NCBI GenBank assembly: GCA_964446535.1
Contig: CAYUOR010000001.1
Location: 71,283-135,282, forward strand
DNA: 64,000 nt
From: an uncultured Candidatus Saccharibacteria bacterium
Lineage (GTDB): Bacteria > Patescibacteriota > Minisyncoccia > Phycocordibacterales > Zambryskibacteraceae
Reading direction: 5' to 3'
The position numbers were made by a program, and so were the translations under genes. This document shows positions 10,862-19,210 of this stretch, in pieces (the first letter of the stretch is position 1; every line of letters starts with the position of its first letter). The notes beneath the pieces are model-generated. The model made no database searches. It saw nothing but the letters and a program-made list of their open reading frames with translations, and was not told the DNA's origin.

Positions 10862-12075
10862 TGCTGTTTCAAATCCTTTATGAGATCAGTTATGGATAAG
10901 TTCTGTGTTTTTCCGCTAGTGCGGTCTTTGACTTCAAGCGTGGTGCCTTTGGTCTTCTCGCCGACTATTACTATGGTCGGAATACCAATGAGTTCGGCGT
11001 CGGCAAACTTTTCACCCGCGCGGAGGTCGCGGTCATCGTAGAGCACCTCTACCCCTTTAGATAGAAGAGTTTCATAAATCTTATCGGCAAGTTTTTTGTT
11101 TTTATCTGAGAGAGAAATAAGATGCACCTGAAAAGGCGCGACAGATTTGGGCCATACGATACCTTTTTCGTCCGAGAGCACCTCTACGATGGTTCCCATA
11201 AGCCGCCCGAGCCCAATACCGTAAGAACCCATGATTACAGGCCTTTTTTCACCTTTTTTATCGGTAAATACAAGCCCCAGCTTTTCCGAAAAGCGAGTGC
11301 CAAGGGAAAAAATATTGCCCACTTCCACAGCTCTTTTTTCTTCTAAACCCTTGGGTGCCTCAACCTCTTTGTTTACTGCTTCTTTTTTATCCTTATTGGT
11401 TATATAAATTGTATCCTCACCTACTTCCGTCACCGTCTGAAACTCGTGAGAAAATTCCGAAAAACTCCCGCCCAGAGCTTTAGTTAGGTAAGTAAATTCA
11501 CCGATACCAACACGATCAAAAATTTTCCTGTACGCTCCTTTAATTTCCTCATAGAACTTGTTATGTTCATCTTCCGAACTTGAGAATGAATACAGATCTT
11601 TCATTACAAACTCAAGGGTGCGCATGACACCGCTTTGAGAACGGAGCTCGTTTCTGAATTTTGTCTGAAACTGATAAATATATAGAGGTAAATCTTTGTA
11701 AGAACTTACGTGTGAAGTTAGTATTTTGGTTAAAGGTTCCTCGTGGGTAAATGCCAACCCCAAGAATTGCTCACCTCTTCTTTTTGTCTTAAACCAAATG
11801 TCGTCTTCACCAAGGTCCCACCTTTCCGTTTCTCTCCAATTTTTTTCACCTTGAAGAGCGGTAAGCGAGAGCTCCTGACCACCTATCACATTCATCTCCT
11901 CTCTAATCAAATTCTCGAGCTTCTTGATGACTCTCAGACCCAGAGGCAGAAAATCGTAAACCCCCGCCATTTCTTTATTGATAAAACCTGCCCTGATAAG
12001 AAGCTTGGCGTTTTTGGCTTCTTCGTCCTTGGGTGCCTCCCTACGCGTCTTGGTGAATAGCTCGGTCTGTCGCAT
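10858..12075 (-). CDS. proS: Prolyl-tRNA synthetase, short bacterial form without INS editing domain
   Basis: 405 aa; class II motifs, 'FRNELRSQSGVMRTLEF' motif 2-like, anticodon-binding C-terminus. Confidence 0.8.
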   Translation of the reverse strand: MRQTELFTKTRREAPKDEEAKNAKLLIRAGFINKEMAGVYDFLPLGLRVIKKLENLIREEMNVIGGQELSLTALQGEKNWRETERWDLGEDDIWFKTKRRGEQFLGLAFTHEEPLTKILTSHVSSYKDLPLYIYQFQTKFRNELRSQSGVMRTLEFVMKDLYSFSSSEDEHNKFYEEIKGAYRKIFDRVGIGEFTYLTKALGGSFSEFSHEFQTVTEVGEDTIYITNKDKKEAVNKEVEAPKGLEEKRAVEVGNIFSLGTRFSEKLGLVFTDKKGEKRPVIMGSYGIGLGRLMGTIVEVLSDEKGIVWPKSVAPFQVHLISLSDKNKKLADKIYETLLSKGVEVLYDDRDLRAGEKFADAELIGIPTIVIVGEKTKGTTLEVKDRTSGKTQNLSITDLIKDLKQQ

Positions 12076-12113
12076 CGCACCATTCTACAAAAATCCGCCC
12101 CAAAAACAAAGTT

Positions 12114-13187
12114 CTAGAAAATATTTCTGACGTCCTGAATTGTGATAAGAACCATAAGAAAAATCAGAAGAGCGAACCCTATGCCGTTAGCGACATTGGC
12201 AACTCTTGCCGGAATGGTGCGACGAGTTAGAGCCTCAATACCGACGAAGAGCAGTCGTCCGCCGTCGAGCGCCGGAAAAGGTAAGAGGTTAATAATCGCA
12301 AGATTTATTGAAATAAGTGCCGTGAATGTCAGCACGTAACCGAGACCAAGCTCCTTGACATCGCCCACCATACCGACAATGCCAACGGGACCGGTAACAC
12401 CGGAAAGATCAGCTTTACCGCTCACGGCCTGAAAGAGAAAATTTCCGATGGCTTTTGCTGTTGCAACTGTAAGTTCGGAAGTGGTTTTCAATCCATGCCA
12501 TAAGGCGAGGTGTAGCGGTAATTTAGCGATACCAACGACCTCCATAGAAATACCGATGGCGGGTCTATCACCGATGATTCCCCCCTCGGGGGTAACCATT
12601 TTTTCCGACACTTCACCGCCACGGTCTATGCCGAAGACTAGTGGCTCATACGACTGGGCGATAAAAAGAGAAAGTTCCTCCGGTGTAAGCCCGGAAGAGT
12701 TAATTCCCCTGGTAAGAGAAATGATAGTATCACCAGATTTTATACCGGCCTCTGCCGCCGGAGAGCCTGGCAGGACTGTTGTTATGGTCGTTTTTGGATT
12801 CTCCACGGGTAGGGTTGAGTTGGCGGGAGCCGGAATGCCAACGATAAACCCCAGAGAAAAAAGAACCCAGGCGAAAAGGAAATTGCCGACTACTCCGGCT
12901 ACTAAAACCGACGATTGAATTGCACGATTTTTCGACACAAAGCTTTCTTTGTTTGTCGTATCGCCTTCTTCGGGATTTTCACCGAAAATTTTGACAAACC
13001 CGCCGAATGGCAGCCAGTTTAAAGTAAAAGGGGTATTCTTCCAGGAAAAAAGTGTCTTAGCCCTTGGCGGAAAACCGAGGCCGAATTCATCAACCCGAAT
13101 ACCGAAATATCGCGCCACAAGAAAGTGCCCAAGCTCGTGGACTATGATGAGGGTGCTGAGAATGATTAGGAAAATAAGTATTGACAC
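12114..13187 (-). CDS. rseP: Site-2 protease (RseP family zinc metalloprotease, M50)
   Basis: 'HELGHFLVA' HExxH in TM1, PDZ-like central region, 'LNLLPFPALDGG' LDG motif. Confidence 0.75.
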   Translation of the reverse strand: MSILIFLIILSTLIIVHELGHFLVARYFGIRVDEFGLGFPPRAKTLFSWKNTPFTLNWLPFGGFVKIFGENPEEGDTTNKESFVSKNRAIQSSVLVAGVVGNFLFAWVLFSLGFIVGIPAPANSTLPVENPKTTITTVLPGSPAAEAGIKSGDTIISLTRGINSSGLTPEELSLFIAQSYEPLVFGIDRGGEVSEKMVTPEGGIIGDRPAIGISMEVVGIAKLPLHLALWHGLKTTSELTVATAKAIGNFLFQAVSGKADLSGVTGPVGIVGMVGDVKELGLGYVLTFTALISINLAIINLLPFPALDGGRLLFVGIEALTRRTIPARVANVANGIGFALLIFLMVLITIQDVRNIF

Positions 13188-13193
13188 GACTGG

Positions 13194-13745
13194 TTATGCT
13201 AAAATTTCTTTCTCTTTTTTGGTTGAGAGCTCCTCTAGCTTCTTGTTTGCATCATCAACGAGTTTTTGTAATTCGTTTCTCAATCTAAACTTATCGTCTT
13301 TGTTTAGAGTTCCATCTTTTTCTTTCTTATCAAGTCCCGAAAGAATTTTTTCGCGTTCCACACGAATCTTTATTCGCGCTTCTTCTAACTTCTCCTTTAG
13401 CGTCTTCGTGAGAATATTGCGACGCTCCGCGGTCAAATCAGGAAACGAAACTCTAATACCCTGCGAGTCCGTAGCGACCGAGAGACCAAGATTAGCTTCA
13501 CGGATACTCTTATCAATCTCGGCGGCAACGGCCTTATCCCAAGGTGCGATAAGAAGCGACTTTGGGCCAGAGGTGGTAATAGATGCCACTTGTTTTACCG
13601 GAACTTTTGAACCATAGGATTCAACCATAACAGAGTCAAGAATGGTGGGGGTGGCTTGTCCGGTCCGTAAACCAAGATACTCACGTCTAAGCCAGTCAAG
13701 AGTGGCTTCGCTAGTCTTTTTAAATCCACCGAAATCGTAAGACAT
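13194..13745 (-). CDS. frr: Ribosome recycling factor
   Basis: 183 aa; full-length match to RRF ('LRTGQATPTILDSVMVESYG', 'RRNILTKTLKE'). Confidence 0.85.
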   Translation of the reverse strand: MSYDFGGFKKTSEATLDWLRREYLGLRTGQATPTILDSVMVESYGSKVPVKQVASITTSGPKSLLIAPWDKAVAAEIDKSIREANLGLSVATDSQGIRVSFPDLTAERRNILTKTLKEKLEEARIKIRVEREKILSGLDKKEKDGTLNKDDKFRLRNELQKLVDDANKKLEELSTKKEKEILA

Positions 13746-13752
13746 GGCGAGA

Positions 13753-14358
13753 TTATATCACTAAGGCGAGATGTTCTATAACAATTCTCGCTCCTATATT
13801 TTGGTCCCTTAAAAGTCTGCGGATACCGTATGCTTTTGCCAGAATCTCGGTTTGCTTTTCTTTTTTCATAAGAAATATTAAGTCGTCTAAAAACGCCGAT
13901 AAATCGCCATTATCTTCTGCAAATTTTGATGCGAAGGCGAGCCTTTTCTTCAGGGGCAGCGTGTAGAAGTCCTTGACCCGGTTTAGATCTTCTGTTTTTT
14001 CCAGGAATACTATATTCATTCTCGAAAGGAGGGTTGGAACGATAAGACTTTTCTCCCGAGTGGCAAGGAAGAAATATGTGCCGGGAGCCGGGTCTTCAAA
14101 AAGTTTTAAGAGTGCATTTTGTGCCTCAAGAGTAATCTTGTCTGGCAAGATAAGAAAAAATTTTTCTGCCCCAAGGGCCTTCCTTGAAGCAAGCTTCTTT
14201 AGCTCTCTTACTTCATCTATGCCAAGAGTATTGGGTTTTATCACGAGGAAATCGGGATTGTTTACCAATTTAACACCGACCTCCTCAAGGTGCCTACGTA
14301 AAAAGCGCTCCGCTTCAAACGGCGCACCCACAAGAAGATTGGCGTGGTGATTTTTCAA
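13753..14358 (-). CDS. holB: DNA polymerase III delta-prime subunit-like (clamp-loader, no P-loop)
   Basis: 'EAQNALLKLFEDPAPGTYFFLATREKSLIVPTLLSRMNIVFL' matches clamp-loader sensor-1/SRC region; no Walker A. Confidence 0.55.
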   Translation of the reverse strand: MKNHHANLLVGAPFEAERFLRRHLEEVGVKLVNNPDFLVIKPNTLGIDEVRELKKLASRKALGAEKFFLILPDKITLEAQNALLKLFEDPAPGTYFFLATREKSLIVPTLLSRMNIVFLEKTEDLNRVKDFYTLPLKKRLAFASKFAEDNGDLSAFLDDLIFLMKKEKQTEILAKAYGIRRLLRDQNIGARIVIEHLALVI

Positions 14359-14378
14359 TATTTTTTAACTATTTACCC

Positions 14379-14837
14379 CTAATTTTTCTTTACGTCGAGA
14401 AGTTCAACCTCAAAGATTAGTGTGGAGTTCGGTGGTATGGGACCAGCACCGCTTACACCATAGGCATAGTCGGGAGCAATAATAAGTACTCGCCTGCCTC
14501 CAGTCTTCATACCAAGAAGTCCTTCGTCCCAACCTCTAATAACACCCCCAGCACCCAAGGTAAACTCGAATGGCACATTTCTATCGAGAGAGCTGTCAAA
14601 AACTCTACCGTCAAGAAAACTGCCAACATAGTGAACGGTGACAACATCACCCCTACCTGCCTCCGAGCCGGTGCCAAGAACTAAATCTTCTGCAACAAAC
14701 CCAGTTTCTGGCACTTCGGTATTCGAACGCGGTGAACCGCTGAAAAGATTCATGATTGGATTAGAAAATAAAAGATAACCAAGGAGACCTACGCTTGTAA
14801 AAACGGCAATCCACTGGTTTCTCGATAAATGTTTCAT
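14379..14837 (-). CDS. FKBP-type peptidyl-prolyl cis-trans isomerase, membrane-anchored
   Basis: N-terminal TM; '[16 protein letters not shown]...[26 protein letters not shown]' FKBP fold. Confidence 0.75.
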   Translation of the reverse strand: MKHLSRNQWIAVFTSVGLLGYLLFSNPIMNLFSGSPRSNTEVPETGFVAEDLVLGTGSEAGRGDVVTVHYVGSFLDGRVFDSSLDRNVPFEFTLGAGGVIRGWDEGLLGMKTGGRRVLIIAPDYAYGVSGAGPIPPNSTLIFEVELLDVKKN

Positions 14838-14881
14838 AATTATTTTGCTTTAAGAGCTTCGTTATATGATATGATAGCCCT

Positions 14882-15568
14882 ATGAAAGAATCAAACGGAA
14901 GTCCCCTGACCCTGAGCCGAAGGGAAATGCATGCCCTGACGAAGAAAAGGATTGAGGAAATTACCAAAGAGTTTACGGAGGGTTTCAAGTTCCTAGAGGA
15001 CTACCCAAGATCGGTCACTTTTTTCGGTGGAAACCAGCTTAGGGAGGACAATAAATACTATAAAAGCGCGCAAACCTTGGCGTCGCGACTGGTAAAAGAG
15101 CTTGGTCTGTCAGTTATCTCTGGAGGGGGGCCAGGGATTATGGAGGCGGCAAATCGCGGCGCCTTTGAAGCTGGTGGAAAATCCTTAGGTCTTCTTATAA
15201 GACTCCCGGATGGCCAAATTACCAATAAATACATCACGGCTGAGTTTTTGGCCCATTATTTTTTCGTAAGAAAGGTTTGTCTAACTTTTTCGGCTGAGGC
15301 GTTTATCTTTTTCCCTGGCGGTTTCGGAACCCTTGACGAATTTTTCGAAATAGCAACGCTAGTTCAAACAAAAAAAGTAAAAGGGGTGCCGATAATCTGT
15401 GTCGGGTCAGATTACTGGAACTCACTCAAGGAGTTTATGAAAAAAGAATTACAAACGCGTGGCACCGTAAATGAAGAGGACCTGGGACTTTTCCACATTA
15501 CGGATGATCATGACGAAGTTGTGGAAATATTGAACAAATTACCTTTTAATAACGGAAATAACATCTAG
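14882..15568 (+). CDS. LOG family protein (TIGR00730; cytokinin riboside 5'-monophosphate phosphoribohydrolase-like)
   Basis: 'GGGPGIMEAANRGAFEAGG' and 'PGGFGTLDEFFE' LOG signatures. Confidence 0.75.
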   Translation: MKESNGSPLTLSRREMHALTKKRIEEITKEFTEGFKFLEDYPRSVTFFGGNQLREDNKYYKSAQTLASRLVKELGLSVISGGGPGIMEAANRGAFEAGGKSLGLLIRLPDGQITNKYITAEFLAHYFFVRKVCLTFSAEAFIFFPGGFGTLDEFFEIATLVQTKKVKGVPIICVGSDYWNSLKEFMKKELQTRGTVNEEDLGLFHITDDHDEVVEILNKLPFNNGNNI

Positions 15569-15891
15569 TGGATTTAAAGAATAAACACTGCAGACCCTGC
15601 GAAGATGGTGCCGAGCCAATGTCGGCGAAGGATGTTGAGAAATTTAATAAAGAGATCGGTCTGTGGAACATTATTGATAGCGCAAGACTTGAAAAAACTT
15701 TTACATTCAAAGACTTCGGAGAAGCGCTTACTTTCGTAAACAAGGTCGGAGAAATTGCTGAGAGCGAAGGGCACCACCCGAATATTTATCTCTTTGATTA
15801 CAAAAAAGTAAAGATTGAGCTTTATACACACTCTGTAAACGGACTCTCCGAGAACGATTTTATCCTCGCCTCGCGAATTAATGAACTCTAA
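15568..15891 (+). CDS. Pterin-4a-carbinolamine dehydratase (PCD/DCoH)
   Basis: 107 aa; 'EGHHPNIYLFDYKKVKIELYTHS' PCD signature; GTG start. Confidence 0.75.
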   Translation: MDLKNKHCRPCEDGAEPMSAKDVEKFNKEIGLWNIIDSARLEKTFTFKDFGEALTFVNKVGEIAESEGHHPNIYLFDYKKVKIELYTHSVNGLSENDFILASRINEL

Positions 15892-15922
15892 ATTATAAAA
15901 GACCAGCACCGAGGTGCTGGTC
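15891..15922 (-). terminator. Rho-independent terminator hairpin for the minus-strand gene 15932..16459 (may also stop plus-strand PCD transcript)
   Basis: 9-bp stem gaccagcac/gtgctggtc with 4-nt loop; U-tract on minus strand (plus aattataaaa). Confidence 0.55.
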
Positions 15923-15931
15923 TGTGGATAG

Positions 15932-16459
15932 TCAGTACTGGCTGACTTTGCGTCGCGGCTCGCGAGCGGGCATGAAATGCCCTTGCGGCCGAGTGATACG
16001 CTGCGCCCTTTGGGCTGGTATGGAACGCCGGTAGCGCTCCTTGTGGTCGCGGTAACTGTGATAGTCACCGTCGTGGTCGAGAGTGAATCCGAGAGCGAGC
16101 TCTCGTGCGACCCTCTCGAGAATCACCTGACGGGCCACTGCTTCCCTGCAGATGGCAACACACGATTCCGTCGAGAACTCGAAAGCCCACGAAGGAACCA
16201 GGCCGTCTTCTTTTTGTAACTGAACAAATGCTGACCCGCTGACACAATCCGTGTCGAAGAGGGCCACCATCCCCGCAACAGGCTCCATCAGCCGTGCATC
16301 CTCGATGGACTTCAGCACACAAGCACGATGGCTCATGCTCTTCAGTGCCAGAATCACTTCGCGGCTTCTGGGATTTTGAATCCCGTTGCCACCGTGAAGT
16401 GTGAGGAAGACGAGCTGTTCACGGACTTTTCCGTCCGCTGGATAGGTTTTTGTATCCAC
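15932..16459 (-). CDS. Hypothetical protein (first gene of high-GC island)
   Basis: 175-aa ORF in the ~55% GC segment; own terminator; no motif recognised with confidence (a 'DCVSGS' Cys motif weakly recalls NlpC/P60-type hydrolases). Confidence 0.35.
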   Translation of the reverse strand: MDTKTYPADGKVREQLVFLTLHGGNGIQNPRSREVILALKSMSHRACVLKSIEDARLMEPVAGMVALFDTDCVSGSAFVQLQKEDGLVPSWAFEFSTESCVAICREAVARQVILERVARELALGFTLDHDGDYHSYRDHKERYRRSIPAQRAQRITRPQGHFMPAREPRRKVSQY

Positions 16460-16556
16460 CTGTTACCCCTTAAGGACGTTGAGAAAGGACAACATAGTCC
16501 CACAAAATAGTCTACCGAAAACCTCTGAAATGTCAAGGTGGGTTTAGGGGTACCCC

Positions 16557-16585
16557 TTGCATTTTTAAAAGCTTTATTGTATAAT
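16557..16585 (+). promoter_or_regulatory. Sigma70-type promoter, near-consensus, with extended -10
   Basis: TTGCAT, 17-nt spacer, TGnTATAAT; GAGGAG Shine-Dalgarno 8 nt before ATG 16653. Confidence 0.6.
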
Positions 16586-16652
16586 CCCGCCTAGACTTTG
16601 GTACTTAGTACCTTTCAATTACTTCAAAGCGCTCAAGCGCGAGGAGATTCAA

Positions 16653-17732
16653 ATGTTTTTCGTGATTGGGTTAATTCTTGCGACAGCAATCGCCCTCGGT
16701 CTCGTGGTTGCCCTGCGGCGCTTTGCCGCAAGGGAGAACCCGACCATCATAACCTTCCCACCAGCCCAAAGACACGCTCTGGTGACAACCAAGAGTGTCT
16801 CGCCGGAGAAGGTCAAGAGCAATGACAAGACGGAGGAGCAGGGTAACGTCGTTGACGTCGTTCATGCGATTCCGGGCAAGTGGCTCGACAAGTCAGGAGA
16901 CGATCCGTGGAACTGGTGCTACAAAGACGAGGACGAAGAACATAAGGAACCGCGAGGTCTCCTCTATGTTCTCTTCGGCATTGCCTTTATCGGCTTCTTC
17001 CGATACCTGCGCCTCAATGAGGTGAGAACCTTCCGTTGGGGCAGGAAGGAAGAAGAGACGGAGTATCACATGCTCTCCAAGAGTTCGCTGACGCGCTTCC
17101 CGTTCTTTTCGGGACAGCACGACATCAGACTCAAGGGCATTGAGACCAAGCAAATCCTCAAGGTTGATCTTCTCTTGAACATCATCTTTGAGGAAACGTA
17201 CCCTGTCAGGGTGCGTCTCCGTACGGCCGATCCTTACGCCGTCTTGACTATGATGGTCTCCAAGCTCACCATCAGTCTCATCGGCGGACACGATGCCAAG
17301 GATATTGTTCAGAAGAAAGAGCTCCAGGATGACCTCGCGCGTGACATTGAGAATGCTGTCAAGAAGAGCGTCGTCGAAGAGCTTGGCATCACCATCAAAA
17401 AGGTGACGCTCGCCGAAATCGATTTCGAAGAGGAAACCAAAAAACTCCTCGAACTCGAAGCCAAAACCGACCTTGAGAACAGGGCGCGGCTCGCCCTGGC
17501 GGATAACTATAAAGAAACAGAGATCAGAAAGGCCGAAGGCGACAGGCAGGCGCGTATCCTTCGCAATGAAGGAGATGCGCACCGAGTGGAACACGTCATC
17601 AAGCCAGTTGTTGGCCTTGGTGAACTTGGCGTTCAGGTGCGCCAGGCCGAAGCGTATGAGACCAACAAGACCATGACGACTCTCGTCGTCGGTCAGGGTG
17701 CGACCCCGGTCGTTCCCGTTGGAGCGAAGTAA
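16653..17732 (+). CDS. SPFH/band-7 (stomatin/prohibitin/flotillin-like) domain membrane protein with N-terminal extension
   Basis: two N-terminal TM segments; 'VRVRLRTADPYAVL', 'VEELGITIKKVTLAEIDFEEET' and 'AEGDRQARILRNEGDA' match the SPFH core and its C-terminal charged helix. Confidence 0.55.
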   Translation: MFFVIGLILATAIALGLVVALRRFAARENPTIITFPPAQRHALVTTKSVSPEKVKSNDKTEEQGNVVDVVHAIPGKWLDKSGDDPWNWCYKDEDEEHKEPRGLLYVLFGIAFIGFFRYLRLNEVRTFRWGRKEEETEYHMLSKSSLTRFPFFSGQHDIRLKGIETKQILKVDLLLNIIFEETYPVRVRLRTADPYAVLTMMVSKLTISLIGGHDAKDIVQKKELQDDLARDIENAVKKSVVEELGITIKKVTLAEIDFEEETKKLLELEAKTDLENRARLALADNYKETEIRKAEGDRQARILRNEGDAHRVEHVIKPVVGLGELGVQVRQAEAYETNKTMTTLVVGQGATPVVPVGAK

Positions 17733-17738
17733 TCATTG

Positions 17739-17772
17739 AGAGCCGAGTAGCAATACTCGGCTCTTTTTTATT
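17739..17772 (+). terminator. Rho-independent terminator after SPFH gene
   Basis: stem gagccgagta / tactcggctc, loop gcaa, followed by tttttt. Confidence 0.65.
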
Positions 17773-17775
17773 AAG

Positions 17776-17805
17776 TTGACAAATGCTAAGTTATTGTGAT
17801 ATAAT
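17776..17805 (+). promoter_or_regulatory. Sigma70-type consensus promoter
   Basis: TTGACA, 18-nt spacer, TGaTATAAT; GAGGTGA Shine-Dalgarno before ATG 17841. Confidence 0.6.
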
Positions 17806-17840
17806 TAGAGCAGATTGAACTTTAACACGTGAGGTGATTT

Positions 17841-18878
17841 ATGAGTGGGTTCTGGACTAAATTTGGTGGTGTTGCAGACCAGCTGGATGCACTCGCTGGT
17901 CGAGTCATCCTCAAGGTCTGGAATCGGATCAGGCCGAGAATCTGGGCAATCACAGGGATGAAGGTGCTTTTTTCACTTTTCATCCTCTTTGCCTGGTGGC
18001 TCGGAAAGATGGCTGAGAAGGCGGCATCATCCGTCGGCTCAATCCCCTCTTACGCATGGTGGTGGATCGTCGGTATTCCTACTGCGATTGTCGTTATCGT
18101 TCTTCTCTGGAAGAACAGGTCCACAGTGCTCACACCGCTCGGACAAGTGAGGGCGAAATTTAGTTTCGCGCGGGTTCTCGGGGTTCTGGCGATTGTCGGT
18201 GTCGTCACACTCATCGTCTTCAATGACGAGATCAAGGGTGCGGCTAGAGGATACCTCCAAGACAAGGAAATCGGCGGTCTGCCGATTCTTGCTAGGGGTA
18301 AGCCCGCTTCACCCGAGGCGACTCTCGCGATCATCGCCGAGTGCGAGTCGGGGGGTAGACACTGGAACGACGACGGCTCTGTCGTTACGAATAAAAACAA
18401 AGACGGCAGTATCGACATCGGTCGCTGGCAGATTAACTCTCAGCACTGGGAGAGAGCGAAGTCCATGGGTCATGATGTATCAACCGAGGAGGGCAATGAG
18501 GCATTCGCCAAGGTGCTCTTCAACAAGTACGGTACAGATCCGTGGAACTCGTCTCGAGAGTGCTGGGGAGACAAGATCTACGCACACTACGCAAAGAGCT
18601 TCTCGGGCGAGACCGTCGCGACTGGCACTATTCGTGTCGGACGAGACTGGTCTAGTTGGGTCTCTGTTCCTCCAGGGCAGGAACTCTTCTTTCAACGAAT
18701 GGATGATACCGTTTCGTTCGAAATTGAGATTCAGGACGGAGATCGTTTCGAGTTCAAGCCGAATTTCCCTGGACACAAGAGGTTCGCGCTGATCCAGAGG
18801 GCCAGGTTCCGAGTCACGGATGAGAAGGCTGAAGAACTTTCTATCTGGCTTAGATTCTCGCCGTATGAAATCACTTAA
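17841..18878 (+). CDS. Multi-pass membrane protein with Rpf/transglycosylase-like (lysozyme-fold) domain
   Basis: four predicted N-terminal TM helices, then 'ATLAIIAECESGGRHWNDDG...DIGRWQINSQHW...YGTDPWNSSRECW'. This matches the 'IAQCESGGNW...G.LQF' core of resuscitation-promoting factor / transglycosylase-like domains. Confidence 0.55.
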   Translation: MSGFWTKFGGVADQLDALAGRVILKVWNRIRPRIWAITGMKVLFSLFILFAWWLGKMAEKAASSVGSIPSYAWWWIVGIPTAIVVIVLLWKNRSTVLTPLGQVRAKFSFARVLGVLAIVGVVTLIVFNDEIKGAARGYLQDKEIGGLPILARGKPASPEATLAIIAECESGGRHWNDDGSVVTNKNKDGSIDIGRWQINSQHWERAKSMGHDVSTEEGNEAFAKVLFNKYGTDPWNSSRECWGDKIYAHYAKSFSGETVATGTIRVGRDWSSWVSVPPGQELFFQRMDDTVSFEIEIQDGDRFEFKPNFPGHKRFALIQRARFRVTDEKAEELSIWLRFSPYEIT

Positions 18879-18885
18879 CGCAAAA

Positions 18886-18914
18886 GCCCCGACAATGATG
18901 TCGGGGCTTTTTTT
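18886..18914 (+). terminator. Rho-independent terminator, possibly bidirectional
   Basis: stem gccccgaca / tgtcggggc, loop atga, then 7 T; lies between convergent genes. Confidence 0.65.
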
Positions 18915-18930
18915 CTGTGCGGATTCTTTT

Positions 18931-19194
18931 TTAGTTGAAGGGATACCCGGGAGTTACTCCAAGGGTTCCAAGAATCAGACGAATCAGACCATAGGCGGAA
19001 ATCATGATGAACATCCCGAAGAGTCCCCAGAAAATCTTCCTCTTCCCCGTCGCTCGTTCGTCATCTGCGGTTTGACTACCGATAAACTGTATTATCCCTG
19101 CAAGAAAGATAACGAAAGCTATGGCGAAGATAAGAATTATCAGGGGGTTCAGTATGTATTGACTGATAGCCCCGAGAAATCCAGAGATATCCAC
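18931..19194 (-). CDS. Small two-TM membrane protein, VirB2/TrbC-like (T4SS pilin-like) paralog 1
   Basis: 87 aa; TM1, charged loop 'SQTADDERATGKRK', TM2 'IFWGLFGMFIMISAYGL'; same architecture as downstream paralogs; no signal peptide. Confidence 0.35.
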   Translation of the reverse strand: MDISGFLGAISQYILNPLIILIFAIAFVIFLAGIIQFIGSQTADDERATGKRKIFWGLFGMFIMISAYGLIRLILGTLGVTPGYPFN

Positions 19195-19210
19195 TTTGGT
19201 CTAATTTAAC

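Noticed and set aside
15932-16459. Assignment of the island's first ORF as an L,D-transpeptidase or NlpC/P60 hydrolase
   Set aside because: 'HGGNG...SHRACV' and 'DCVSGS' only loosely resemble the respective catalytic motifs and occur at positions incompatible with a full catalytic domain; left as hypothetical
16893-17594. 233-aa minus-strand ORF antisense to the SPFH gene, plus other long antisense ORFs (16065..16322, 18050..18418, 18193..18792)
   Set aside because: All lie inside the high-GC island, where stop codons are rare in every frame; the sense-strand genes have clear motifs, promoters and terminators
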